A DNA stretch of 64,000 nucleotides from Macrostomum lignano. Taxonomy: Eukaryota. Made by a program: the position numbers and the translations under genes. This document shows positions 37,526 through 51,827 of the stretch, piece after piece (the stretch's first letter is position 1; each line of letters starts with the position of its first letter). The notes beneath the pieces are model-generated. The model did not search any database and was not told the origin of the DNA. It saw only the letters and a list, made by a program, of their open reading frames with translations. The stretch spans positions 62,001 to 126,000 of the forward strand of contig NIVC01000349.1 in the NCBI GenBank assembly GCA_002269645.1, given 5' to 3'.

Positions 37526-40070
37526 TTCGTCTCTGCGAGGCGGATGATTGCTTGGTGGTAAACGTTGAACAGTGTAGGTGAGGTAGCGCAGCCTTCTCGG
37601 AGGCCTCGTTGAGGGAAGAAGCCGGTACTGACTTCTTTGTCGCACATCACCTTGTACATGGTGTGCTCGTGCAGGTCGCGGGGCTTCGCGATGACACGGT
37701 CGGGCATGTTGTAATGCTTCAGCAGTTCCCACAATGCTGGTTTGTTAACCCGAGGGTACGCCTTTCGCAGATCGAGGAGCGTTATCTCACCGTTCATGGA
37801 ATCCACAAAGTCTGGGCTGTCCCGCAGCTTTTCCGCGTCCTCGTTTAGCCTCAGTAGAACTTGTGTGGGGTCCATCGTGGAGCGGCCTTTGTGGAAACCG
37901 GCTTGGTTCTCGTCCAGGATGCCAATCTGCTCGGCCCAGGTCCCTACACGGGTTGCTAGGATTCAAGCGATGATCCTACTGACGCTTGGTAGAAGGCAGA
38001 TGCCGCGAAAGTTGTTGAGGTTGGACCGGTCGCCCTTTTTGTGCAGCGGGATTATTAGGCCGGTCTTCTCCTGGTCGTCCCACTATGGGGCTGGTGTTTG
38101 CCACAGTCGGTGGATTTCTGATCGCAACGCTGCACGGACCTCCCTGCAGGCTCCGGTGAGGTATCGGATTCGGATTCCGTCCTCCTCCGGCGCGCCGTCC
38201 CTGATCTTTCTAAGTTCCGTTTCGATCTCGCTGTCGAGAAGATCTTTGTCTATTTCTTCGTTCGCGCGGTGTAGCGATACACCATCACCCGTTGGTCCTG
38301 GCGCGCTGCGCAGGAGGGAGAACATGGTCTCCGGGTCGTTTTCGAAACGTTGGTTCTGGACAAGCGCTAGGTGGTCTTTAAAAGCTTCGGCCGAGAACAT
38401 TGGGAGCGTTTTCCCGTTGTTGATGTTCGGGTTGCTGGCCTTCCCAATTTTTCTTAGGCATTCATACATTCCTCCGGTGTTGCCGATCTCACAGTTATGT
38501 CTGCACTCTTCCGCTATACCTGTCCACAATTGATCCTCCCATTCCTGGAGCTTGTTTTTTGTGCTTTTCTGCAATTTTTAATGTGCTCCTTAGCCTGCTC
38601 TGCCCGCATTGTGTTGTATTGCGACTAGTGTTCTTCTGGGTCCTTCCGCGTGCTGTTGCGTTGGGCCAATGCTTCGGCAATTGCTCGGTTTAGTTGTTGT
38701 AATTCTTGTTCATGTCCGATAAGCCAGCAGTTAGTTTGCCTGCTTTTCACTCCACAGATACGCTTGGCGGCTTCGAGGACTTCCCTTTCGACTTCCTGCC
38801 ACGGTGGGTCGGGCGCTGTTCGGTTCTCGGTTTCACTGTTGGTTGGTCTTTTGAGCTTCTCCCAGGCCTCACTGGTTGCTTTTTTGTACTCTTCCTGCAC
38901 TTGAGTGACTCGCAGCCGTTCCCAGGTGATGTTCTCTCTCTTTTTTGTGTTTTGTGGATAGTGCTTGTTCGGTGCGCAGTACCGCTCGGCGAACTGCCGG
39001 TGCAGAGTCAGTACTTTTGGCAGATGGTCAGAGAGTGAGGATCCATGGTCCGTTCTGATCCGTTGGACGATTCGTTGCCTTTGTTCTTTCTTCAGTATGA
39101 AACCGTCGAGCTCGTACCAGCGCTTTGAGGCCGGGTTTTTCCATGTGCCACGTTCGTTTTGCTGGTAGAAGGAGCTTGCCCACACTAGGTTCAGGCTCTC
39201 CATCCACGCTAGCATATCTATTCCTTGGTCATTCGTGTCTCCGATGCCGAACTTGCCGGTGCTGACGAAATTTCTGTTCTGGTCTCTGCCTATGCTCGAG
39301 TTGACATCGCCTCCGATTAAAAGTAGTGATCTTTTAGCAACCGTATGTTTGATGCGTTCGATCTCGGTGCGGATAGTTTCCAGGTCGGTTTCGTAGTTCT
39401 CACTTCCCTTGAACGGATGGTAGACCGCCATCAGGGTGACTTTGTCGATTTCGATCGCCAGGGTGCGCTCGGCCGGATGTATTTTTCGTCCGCTGGCGTC
39501 CCACAGAGTCCATGCGGTGTTGCTTAACAGGATTCCAACCTTATGGGAGTGAACTAAGTAGGCGTCTTGCTTCAGATGGTGGAACTTTCTTATTCCTACG
39601 CCCTTTGTGTTTAGTTCTGTCATTAACGTAATGTCCCATTTTTCCAAGGCAACTTTTACCATTTCGCCGAATCTGGCTGATCCGATGTTGGCCCTCTGTG
39701 TGTTCCAGGTTGCTACTTCGATCTTGCTGTTCGACCAGCGTTCGGTGGCCCTTAGTCTACGCCTGTCTGTTTTTTTCCTGCGGTCATCCTCCCGCTTTCG
39801 TTTACGGCGTTTGTTTCTCGCGGCCTTCTGGCCTTGTGTTCTTGGTCCGGGGTTCTTCTCGATCGATTGCAGGCGAAAGATGACTTCTGCGGTGCGTCTG
39901 TTTTCCGTCTCTGTCTCTCTTCCGTTCTTCTCCATTCTCGTTTTCATCGGGTTTTTGACCTTGATATTGTTTAGGGAGGTGCTCTGTGTGGTCGGTCCAG
40001 AGCCACTCTGATAGGAGAAGGTTTGCCCACGAAACATAGCTTTTACACTATGTTCGCGAGCCTCTCTCCC
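37526..40070 (-). mobile_element. Decayed APE-RT non-LTR retrotransposon (RTE-like), 3'-truncated within RT, copy 1
   Basis: APE motifs ATWNT, LIGGDVN, ELDGFI, SDH; RT motifs IIPLHKKGD, NFRGICLL, ENQAGF, DLRKAY, GLREGCATSPTLFN. In-frame stops. Clade call is tentative; boundary with the Gypsy is approximate. Confidence 0.88.
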
Positions 40071-43000
40071 ACCCCCCCCCCCGGTTCTCTCTTTGCCGGC
40101 CGGATGGCCGCCCGCTTGGCACCTCTTGACGGTGGAGAACCGTTGCACCAGCCAGAAGATGTCGTCCTCGTCGTCGTCCTTCTCAGCATTCTCATCCTGT
40201 TCCACTCCCCTCCGTTCCTTCGGGTAAGGTGCTGGTTTCTGACTCTTCTGCTTCTTGTTCCTCGTGTCCTGCCGCTTCATCATGCCACCCGGTTGACAGT
40301 CTCCCTTCTGCTCCTCGGCACACAGTCTAAGGTTATTGTAGTGTACCACCTTGCACTTGCATTTGGATTCCTCGGGTCCTGGACCCGGTACAACGCGTCT
40401 GACAGCTTCTCCAGGACATTCACTGGGCCGCGCCAGTTGATATGAAACTTGCTTTTCTCTCCCACCTCCAAGCACGGATAGTACAGCAAGACAGTGTCAC
40501 CCTTCTGAATCGCCTTGCCCTTCACTTTCCGATCGTAGTTCATTTTCTGTCGTCGCTGAACCGTCTCGCGACCTTCTCGAACGTGTTCATGGGCATGAAG
40601 CAGGTTCTGCTGGATCTCTTGCACAAACGAGGGATAGCTGTCCGTCTTTTGCCTAAGGTCCTCTGGTTCGAATCCCAGCAGCATCTCCTGACCATGCAGC
40701 ATGTAGCAGGGCGTGTAACCGGTGGACGCCTGGACCGTCGATCGATAAGCCATCAAGGCACTTGGCAGGTACTCCTCCCAGGCGTTCTGACCCTTCTCTA
40801 CCAGATACGTGCGCAAACTTTTCTTCAGGAACCCGTTAAATCGTTCCACCTGTCTGTTGCCACTCGGGTGGTAGGCGCTCGTCCTGGTCTTCTTTACACC
40901 CAACAGCTCGCACAGCTTCCTGACGATCCCCGACTCAAAGTTCCTTCCTTGGTCCGAGTGAAGTACCCGGGAGCACCCGTGATTGGCAATCCAGCGTTCG
41001 AATAGCACTCTTGCAATCGTTGTCGCCTTCTGGTTCCGGATGGCATAAGCGTCTGGCCACTTTGAGAACGCATCTTGCACCGTGAGGATATAGAAGTTTC
41101 CTTTCTTGCTCCGTGGCAGCGGCCCGATGACGTCCGTCATCTTGATATCGAATGGGCTTGAACTCGGAATCGGCTCCATCGGTGCAACCGGTCTCTTGCC
41201 AGTCTTGGCCTTGGTGCAGTCCAAACAGGCTTTTACGTGCTCTTCGACCTCGCGGCCAAGTCCAGGCCTCCAGAACGATTGCTGCACCTTCTCCTTGGTC
41301 TTGAAAATCCCGACGTGCCCTCCACTCCGTCTGGCATGAGCCTCTTCCAGCACCGCTCTCAGCATATTCCGTGGCAACACCACTTGCGGGTGACGTCCAC
41401 TGCCCGTATGACACAGCAGCACCTCACTGTCTGACACCTCAAGGTCACGACGTCTTTCGACAATCCTCCTTGCCGTCGGTGAGATGCGTCGCAAATGCTC
41501 TTCGGTAATCTCTCCGTCGCCGTGTGCCAGCAGCTCCATCGCCTGACGAATGTCGCTGTCCATCTTCTGGCTCTCCCTGATCTCCTCCGAGGTCCACCTC
41601 TGTAATCCCAACGCGTTCACGCCGATCTGCTCTTGTGCACATCCGGGACAACTCTCGCTTCTTTGATGGCGCCGACGTGGCTTCCTGGAGAGAGCGTCTG
41701 CGTGTTGATGTTTGACTCCAGAACGATGTTCGATGCGATACTTGTACGGTGCCAAGAGCTCTAGCCATCTGGCCAGCTGTCCTTCTACGTCCCGCAGCGA
41801 ATGCAGCCACTTCAAGCTGCTGTGATCGGTGCGCACTAGAAACTCTCGCCCCATCAGGTAATAACGAAACTTCTGTACGAAAAACACCACGGCCAGCAAC
41901 TCGACTAGTGTCGTGCAGTAATTCCGTTCTTCTCGCGACAACGTCCTGCTCCCGTAAGCTATTACCTTCTCACTTCCATATTTCTGCACTTGTGAAAGCA
42001 CAGCGCTAATTCCTTCTTTTGTGCTACCGTCCGTGTCTAAAACGAATTCTCCAGCGTCCTCCGCAAAGTTTGGAAACGCCATGACCTCCGATCCCTGCAA
42101 ACTTTCAGGGCCTCGAATGCGGCTTGTCACTCTTCATCCCAGCTCCACGGGCAATCCTGTCGGGTCCGTCGCAGCATCGGCTCAGCAATGCGGGAAAAAT
42201 CTGCGATAAACTGCCGGTAATACCTTACTTCCTTGGCATTCTTCGGCGTTGGCCAGTCACGAATTTCAGCAATCTTTTCTGAACTCGTGGTGATTCCATC
42301 AGCTGACACTACGTGTCCAAGGAAAGTCACTGACTTCAACAAGAATGCGCACTTTTTCGGCTTCAATTTGATGTTCCCTGCTCGCAACCGACGAAAAACC
42401 GTTTGCAGCCGCTCCAGGTGCTCCTCCACCGTTCTTGACCACACTAGCAGGTCGTCCAGATACACCAAACAACTTCGAGCACAACTTCCCCAACACTACA
42501 TTTATTAGTCGGCTGAATGAAGCCGGCACATTCGTCAATCCAAATGGCATAACGTTCCAGGCGTACTGCTGCACCCGGTGTGAAACGCCAAAGGCCGTCT
42601 TTAGTCTGTCGCTGGGTTCCACCGCCATCTGCCAGTATCCCGACTGCATGTCTATGGTCGAAAAAATCTTGGCACCGCCTAGGCTCTCCAACAGGTCATC
42701 TGTCCTAGGCAAAAGCACTGCATCCTTCTTGGTCACTTCATTCAGTTTCCGGTAGTCACAACAGAACCTCAGTGAACCGTCCTTCTTTTTCACGCACACC
42801 ACTGGAGAGCACCATGGGGACTGGACCTCGCTGATTCTTCCAGCTTCCAACAAGTCGTCCAACTCCTTGTCCACTTCCTGCCGCAGGTACGGGGGAATCC
42901 GTCTCGCCGCTTCCTTCACAGGCCTGGCATCACTAGTGTCGATCTCGTGCTTCATCACGGTCGTACAGCCGAGATCCTTGGAGTCCTTAGCAAAGACAGC

Positions 43001-44178
43001 CCGATGTTGGGAAAACAGCTCTCTGAAGTCGGCTTCCTCCTCCTCCGACAGGCCACACGAACCCCACTCACAGAATTCTTCGATCGGGTTCCATGCTTCC
43101 GTTTCATTCTTGGCCTCTCGTCCAAGCGCACTACGTTGACACCTCCGTTCGGTTCCAAAGGAATAAACCAGCCAATCGTCTCTCCCTTCTTGACCCTCAT
43201 TCTACAACTGGATGTATTCAGCAATCTCGTCGGCAGCCGTCCATCCTCGCCGGGCGCTACCAGAGCTCGGGCCAGCGCCAACTCCTTCTCAGCGGCCTTC
43301 ACGGCTTTTCTTCCGTTATGCCAACCGATCCGCAGTTTCTTGCGCCCTTTTTCTGCACCCTGGCTGACATGATCACTTCTTGCGCAGGTTCCAGAAATAC
43401 CGTTGTATCGGCTTTTATTCGACACACCACAAGCAGCTCGCCTTTCTGCCGTATTGGAACTTTAACATCACCAACTCGAAAGACAAACTCGGAATAGTGG
43501 ATGACGCAACGATGCTGTTTGAAAAATTCGGACCCGAGGATTACGTCATAACGCAATACATCCACTACAAAAAAATTCGCTGACCACCGCTCGCCGCCAA
43601 TCTCCACGTCCAGCACAATGCAGCCTCTCATCCTCATCGCACCTCCATTGGCCGTTAAAAGGGAACCGTCCATTCCAGTCAGTCTCTCCCTCACCTCTTG
43701 CGGCAGCCTCAGGAAAACATCCCAGCTCAGCACTGACACACTTGCACCACTGTCTAACAGCAGAGCCACTGGCTTGCCGGAAACCGCACCGGAACTAAAA
43801 ACTGTCAAGGACTCCGTTGAGACCGACGAACACGCCTCTTGAACCAGGTTGCTTTTTGAATTCCCATCACCAGAGACGCACTTGGATTTATTTACAGGGT
43901 TAGTGAGCAACACCGGTTCCTCGCTCCTGGGAGACTCTCCCCGGTCGGTCCCCTCGGCCCATTTCCCGACTTTGGACACTTGAAGGATAGGTGGCCTTCA
44001 CCGTTGCACTTGTGACATCGTACTGGCGATTTCCCGTTTCCACTTGTCTGGCTGGTCTTCTTGGGACACTTTGATGAGATATGGCCCCACTCTCGACACA
44101 AAAAACACTGCACCGCCTTCCGACTCGCCGGGGTCGGCTCTGCCGCTTCTCCAGACCTCCGCTCCTCCATCTAGCTCG
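40071..44178 (-). mobile_element. Decayed Ty3/Gypsy internal region (gag end, PR, RT, RNase H, IN), no LTRs, copy 1
   Basis: Two CCHC knuckles (CFLCREWGHISSKC, CHKCNGEGHLSFKC), LLDSGAS protease, SPWCSPVVCVKKKDGSLRFCCDYRKLN and YLDD RT, FVLDTDGS RNase H, HHCC plus DVIGP/HSDQGRNF/VERFN integrase. The PR-RT-RH-IN order is Gypsy. Stops and frameshifts present. Confidence 0.93.
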
Positions 44179-44867
44179 TATTTTAGCATGCCGCATGAAC
44201 TGACAACTCTTGTATCAGGTGCTTACTACTGTGAGTAGCAGTGCAGCATGCGGAAGGTAGGGAATCCCAACTCTCCCTTCCCGTTCAGGTCTCAGACTGA
44301 AAACTTAGAAGCGCGCTATGCTACTTATGGCCAGTAGGCTAAATATGTACACATTTACGCGCTTTTCAGTAACTTGACCTTTATTTGTTAGTTTATGTTA
44401 CAAACATTTTCCGTTTTTCATTGCTCTTGCTATTCTTTGTTATGAAATTTGTGGCTTGCTGAAATGCGAGTGAGAGGGAGGGTGTGAGAGGGAGAGTGTG
44501 AGAGGGAGAGTGTAAAAAGGAGAGTGTGGGAGGGAGAGTGTGGGAGGGAGGGTGTGAAAAGAAAGGTGTGAAAGGAAAGATTTGAGCTGGGTGCCAAAAG
44601 CAAATGTCAAGAATGTCAGTGGATGTCAGACAGCATGACTGGTGAATGTCAGTGGATGTCAGACGGCATGACTGGTGAATGTCAGTGGATGTCAGACGGC
44701 ATGACTGGTGAATGTCAGTGGATGTCAGACGGCATGACTGGTGAATGTCAGTGGATGTCAGACGGCATGACTGGTGAATGTCAGTGGATGTCAGACGGCA
44801 TGACTGGTGAATGTCAGTGGATGTCAGACGGCATGACTAGTGAATGTCAGACGTCAGAGCTCTGCAG

Positions 44868-45313
44868 CCCCCCCTCCGCTCCCTTCCAACCCGGCGTCAG
44901 CAGCGGCCAAGAACCCCCTGATCAGCCCGCTGTCCTCGCACCCTGCCGGAGTCCTTGGCGGAGCCGGAGGCAGCGGAGGCGGTGGCGCAGGAGGCAGCGC
45001 AGGCGCAGGCGGGCTGATCTCGCGGTCCTCGCTGCTGCTGACTCCCATGAAGCCGCTGGCTGAGGAGGCCGCCAGCTTCGGCGGTCACCGCGGCGGCCCC
45101 GGCGGCGACTTCCTCGGCGAGGCGGACTTCCCCGACCGCGGCGCCGACGCGGCCTCTGAAGACAGCGACGGCGGTGACGGGGGCAGCCGGCGCCGGAATC
45201 CCTTCAACGAGGACTGCGGCGGGCGGATGCGGAAGAGCAAGTCGGAAAGGGCACAGCTGACGCAGTCCATGTACCTGGACAGGGACACCTCGTGGGCGGC
45301 CTTCCAGCAGCAG
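44868..45313 (+). CDS. KIF13: Duplicated KIF13 penultimate exon, copy B (intact)
   Basis: Near-identical to 33837-34287. CTGCAG acceptor in phase 1, donor at 45314, no frameshift. Confidence 0.6.
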
Positions 45314-45634
45314 GTGAGGATGTAAGGGAATCGGTCAGGTGGGATGTGAAGGAATCGGTCAGATGAGGGAATCGGTCAGGTGGGATGTGAGGGAATCGGT
45401 CAGGTGGGATGTGAGGGAATCGGTCAGGTGTGGTGTGAGGGAATTGATCAGGTGGGATGTGAGGGAATCGATCAGGTGGGATGTGAGGGATTCGGTCAGG
45501 TGGGATCTGAGTGGGGAATCAGTCAGATGGGATCTGAGTGGGGAATCAGTCAGATGGGATCGAAGTGGGGAATCAATCAGATGGGATCTGAGTGGGGAAT
45601 CAGTCAGATGGGATGTCAAACCTGCCGCTCTCAG

Positions 45635-46558
45635 GAGGTGCCGCAGTCCGTGGACTCCGCAGTCCTCGAGACCTCGCAGCCGCAACCCGCTGAGCCCCCG
45701 GAAGCTCCGTCGCCGACGCAGCCGCCGCCCCCGCCGGTGGGCACCGCGGCGGAGCAGCCGCCGGAGGCCGCGGAGGCCGGCGAAGGCGAGGGCCTTGTCC
45801 GCCTCACCCGCCTGCTGCAGAGCCCCAAGCGATCCGCCCAGAAGGCGCCGAACGGCGGAGGTGGTGACGAGGAGTTCTCCGACAGCGCGTCGGCCTTCGG
45901 CTCCCGACAGGACCTCAGCGGCTCCGGCAGGGTGGACACCGCGCCGCCAGCCTGGCTGAAGCCGGGCGAGCCGTGTCTGGTGCAGCAGCCGCAGGGCGCG
46001 AAGCTGCCGGGTCACGTGAGGTTCTGCGGCCCCACCCAGTTCGCGGCGGGCACCTGGGTGGGGGTGGAACTAAACCAGCCCGAGGGCCGCAACGACGGCT
46101 CGGTGAAGGGCGTCAAGTACTTCAGGTGCAGGGCCCGGCACGGCCTGTTCGTCAGGCACGACAAGGTGCTGCAGCCGCGGAGGAGGGCGTCGCAGCAGAT
46201 GAAGACTGGAAAAATGAGGGCTGCGGCTCTCGTTTGGAGTTCTCCATCAGCCTCTCCATCAGCCTCTCCAGCTTCCCCATCAGTCTCTCCAGCTTCCCCC
46301 ATCAGCCTCTCCAGCTTCCCCATCAGCCTCTCCAGCTTCTCCATCAGCCTCTCCAGCTTCTCCATCAGCCTCTCCAGCTTCTCTACCAGCCTCTCCAGCT
46401 TCCTCATCAGCCTCTCCAGCTTCTCCATCAGCCTCTCTAGCTTCCCCATCAGCCTCTCCAGCTTCCTCATCAGCCTCTCGCTTTTCCCAGTCTATGGGCC
46501 AAACCCCACTGAGGCTGCAAGCTTCCCTGTGCTGCATCAGTCCAATTCCCATTGCTGA
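45635..46558 (+). CDS. KIF13: Duplicated KIF13 terminal exon with intact CAP-Gly, copy B
   Basis: Continuous ORF EVPQSVD...SPKRSAQK...GTWVGVELNQPEGRNDGSVKGVKYFRCRARHGLFVRHDKV...SHC-stop. Confidence 0.65.
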   Translation, partial: EVPQSVDSAVLETSQPQPAEPPEAPSPTQPPPPPVGTAAEQPPEAAEAGEGEGLVRLTRLLQSPKRSAQKAPNGGGGDEEFSDSASAFGSRQDLSGSGRVDTAPPAWLKPGEPCLVQQPQGAKLPGHVRFCGPTQFAAGTWVGVELNQPEGRNDGSVKGVKYFRCRARHGLFVRHDKVLQPRRRASQQMKTGKMRAAALVWSSPSASPSASPASPSVSPASPISLSSFPISLSSFSISLSSFSISLSSFSTSLSSFLISLSSFSISLSSFPISLSSFLISLSLFPVYGPNPTEAASFPVLHQSNSHC

Positions 46559-49500
46559 TCACCTCAAGCAATGCTCAGTCACCTGTCAATCAAAGCCGAT
46601 CAGCCTCGAGTCCCCACAACCAGTTTCAGTCCCATCCAGTCCCCAGTTAATCTGCATTCATTCCCCAGTCACAGTTCCAACAATCTTCTCTGTTGCATAA
46701 TCGAACTGATTTATTTATTGTGATGTACTACTGATTCACAATTTGTTATAAGTAGTAAGTCATGCGTTTTGTGCGTCTTTTTTTTCACGCAGTTCTTCAG
46801 TCCCAAGGAAAGTATTCCATTAAATGCTGCTATTGGCCTTTTTTACGAATTGGAATTGCTTGTCAGTTTTGCTTTTTTATTTCCTGAGTCGATTGCCTTC
46901 ACCCCGGGTGGCACTGCAGTCTGTCAGTATTTGTGTCACCTTCAGTACCTGCTGTTCGACTCCTTCATTCATTTGGTGATTTTGTCCCAAACCATGCGGT
47001 CTGTCTCGACCTGGACTGTCACCTCCCAATGTGATTGACATTGTCTGCGGATTAAAGCTTTTGTGTTTTTTACCTGCATCTGCATTGACAACTAATAAAT
47101 ATGCGCTGATATACTACTCGTACTGACTACTTAGCTGGTTTCAGAACACTTCAATACAGTCAGCCGCTGTTCTCTGAGGCCTTGTAGCTCAATGTGGAAG
47201 ATTACATGTAGCTCAATATGGAAGATTACATGTAGCTCAATATGCAAACATGTAGCTCAATATGGAAGATTACATGTAGCTAAATATGGAAGATTACATG
47301 TAGCTCAATGTGGAAGATTACATGTAGCTCAATATGGAAGATTACATGTAGCTCAATATGGAAGATTACATGTAGCTCAATATGGAAGATTACATGTAGC
47401 TCAATATGGAAGATTACATGTAGCTCAATATGGAAGATTACATGTAGCTCAATATGGAAGATTACATGTAGCTCAATATGTAAGATTACATGTAGCTCAA
47501 TATGTAAGATTACATGTAGCTCAATGTGGAAGATTACATGTAGCTCAATATGGAAGATTACATGTAGCTCAATATGGAAGATTACATGTAGCTCAATATG
47601 GAAGATTACATGTAGCTTAATATGGAAGATTACATGTAGCTCAATATGGAAGATTGCATGTAGCTCAATGTGGAAGATTACATGTAGCTCAATATGGAAG
47701 ATTACATGTAGCTCAATATGGAAGATTACATGTAGCTCAATATGGAAGATTACATGTAGCTCAATATGGAAGATTACATGTAGCTCGATATGGAAGATTA
47801 CATGTAGCTCAATATGGAATATTACGGGTAGCTCAATGTGGAAGATTACATGTAGCTCAATATGAAAATTACATGTAGCTTAATATGGAAGATTACATGT
47901 AGCTCAATATGGAAGATTGCATGTAGCTCAATATGGAATATTACATGTAGCTCAATATGGAAGATTACATGTAGCTCAATATGGAAGATTACATGTAGCT
48001 TAATGTGGAATATTACATGTAGCTCAATACTAGCTGGGGTAGGCTGTCTGCCAGAATCCAGAATTCTAATCTCCCTGGTAGACTTGAGCAATTTAAATAG
48101 ATTTAAATAGAAAATTCTGAGTGAGTTTTCTTATCAGTTGGGGTTGATGCAATCTTTAAAATTGGTAGTGAAGTTTCTCGCTGATAAAATTTGCATTAAA
48201 AAAGCCCATTTAAAACAGTTTTTTCGAATATTTAATCATCTTAGCATTGAGCTAGAGCTTAATAAAATTACATGTACCGTCCCGGGCACATTTGACATCT
48301 TTTGGCGAAGAAACGGAGAAAATCGGTTGAGCCTTTCGGGAGATAATCGATTTCGAACAAGCAAGCAATATGGAAGAACTCCCATCACCGGAATTCCATT
48401 CCCTGAATTATCCATCAACTGAAATTCCATGTCTTGAACCCTATCTTCCAAATCGTCTCCAAATTCTTTACAAAACCTTTCAAAGACCATAGCTCAAAGA
48501 CTCTCACGTCTCTCATATCTCCTCTCTCCTCTCTTCGCTATTATCATGACTCTCTTCTCTCTCCTCTCTCTCATCTCATCTCTACCCTACTCCATTATTT
48601 ATCTCTTTTCCCTCGTCTTTCGTCTGCACCCTCTCCTGTCTCAGTCTCCTCTCTTCTCTCATATCTCTCCTCTTCACTTCTGCCTCCTGTCTCCTCTCTT
48701 CTCTCCTCTCTCATATCTTATCTCTACTCACTTATCTATCGTCTCTCCTTAACCCCCTCTCTCTCTTCTCTTTTCTCTCCTCTCTGCTCTCATTTCTCAT
48801 ATCTCATATACGCTCTCACACTCTACTTTCTTATCTCCCATCTTTCTTTCCTCCTTTCCACTATCCCCTGTCTCTTCGCTTCTCTCTTTTTATCCTCTCC
48901 ATTCTCTCTTTTCTCCTCTCCTTGCTCCTTTCATCTTCTCCCCTCTCTTCTCTAATCTCTAATCTCTTCTCTCTTTTGTTCTCACTCATCTCTTTTCTCA
49001 TCGCATCTCTCATCTCTCCTCTCCTCACTACTTTCCTCTCTTAACTCTCTCATCTCTGATCTTTCATCTCTCTCCTCTCTTCTCTCTCTCTTCTCCTTTC
49101 GCTTCTCTCTCCTCTCTCTCCTCTCATCTCTACTACCTTATTTATACCTTCTCCCTGGTCTTTCGTCTCTACTCTCTCCTGTCTCCTTTTTCCCCTCTTC
49201 TCTCCCCTCCTCTCTCATCTCTCATCCCTCATCTCACTCTTTCTTTCTTCTCTACTCTCCTCTCTCATCTCCTCTCTCCTCTTCTCTTCTCTCTCACTCT
49301 TTATTCTCGCCTTACTCTCCTATTCTCTCCCATATGTCATCTCTAATCTCTCCTCTTCTCTTCTCTCTCCCTCTTTATTCTCGCCTTACTCTCCTATTCT
49401 CTCCCATATGTCATCTCTAATCTCTCCTCTCTCATATCTACTCTCTTTTCTATCTTCTCTTTTCTCTTTTCTCTGACTGACTGAAGGTACCAAATCCACC

Positions 49501-49698
49501 GAAATCCTCTCCGTGAAACAGAAATCTATCAAAATTTTCTTTGGGAAATTGAAAGCCATCAAAATCGTCTCCGTGAAACAGAACTTCATCAAATAATACC
49601 CAACATTTCCATGAAATTGCAGTCCATCAAGACTGCTAAATAGAGATCCAAAAGATGCTTTCCATACTTAAAAATATTCAAGTTAGAGGCGTCAGTGG

Positions 49699-49749
49699 TT
49701 AGGGTTAAGGTTAGGGTTAGGGTTAGGGTTAGGGTTAGGGTTAGGGTTA
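49699..49749 (+). repeat. Interstitial telomere-type tract (TTAGGG)x8 with one TTAAGG variant
   Basis: Directly visible. Confidence 0.9.
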
Positions 49750-50439
49750 CCATCATTTCATCGTTCTTTCATTTCATTGCTATCTGTAGCCTACTGGGCA
49801 TTCACTGTGTACACTGAACCCTATCGCCGCCACCCCCAACACGGGGTTTTATTTGAATTGAAGTGTCAGAAAATTTTAAGAATGAGTTCTTCTTGAATGT
49901 TGTGCTTCTTGTTTTCATGAATAAAGCAAGAAAATTATATTCCCGAACTTAGCGTGGCAAGCTCTTTTCAGCAGTATAAGTCTCTCCTCTCAAGGTTTAA
50001 AACTCGGGAACAGTTAGCGTTTGAAATTTCCCAATTTCCCGACTGCCTGCCTGAGAGGCTCGCAAGTTTGTAATCTGTAATTTATAATTTGTGTACATAT
50101 ATCTGTTTATTTTACAGTTTAGAATTGCAGAGCACTTTGTATTGCTGTTATTTTGCATTGAATTTATTTATTTATTTATTTAACATGCTATTTTGGCTAC
50201 TCTCGTAGAGTAGTAAGCTGTTGATGAGCTTGTTTGGGTCATTAGAATTTGCACAATTGTAGTGCGATTGTTTGCACTACAATTTTTAAAACTCACTGCA
50301 GTGCCTGTTTTGTGTATTTGATTTTTCACTATTTAGCTCACTACACTTTCACATTATTTCTTCTGTCACAAACCTAATTCACAAGAGCACTCTTCCATTA
50401 TTAAACATTGGTTTTACAATAAAAATGCAATATTAATGA

Positions 50440-51827
<1,388 letters not shown>

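Noticed and set aside
37742-38533. 263-aa antisense ORF (also 61656-62447) and other antisense ORFs over Gypsy, LINE and KIF13
   Set aside because: Shadow frames of real coding sequence; no independent motifs.
40665-40676. GGTTCGAATCCC tRNA T-loop-like motif
   Set aside because: Lies in integrase coding sequence (LLGFEP, - strand); no cloverleaf.
46085-46100. CAP-Gly GRNDG instead of GKNDG
   Set aside because: Conservative substitution with the rest of the domain canonical; not evidence of novelty by itself.
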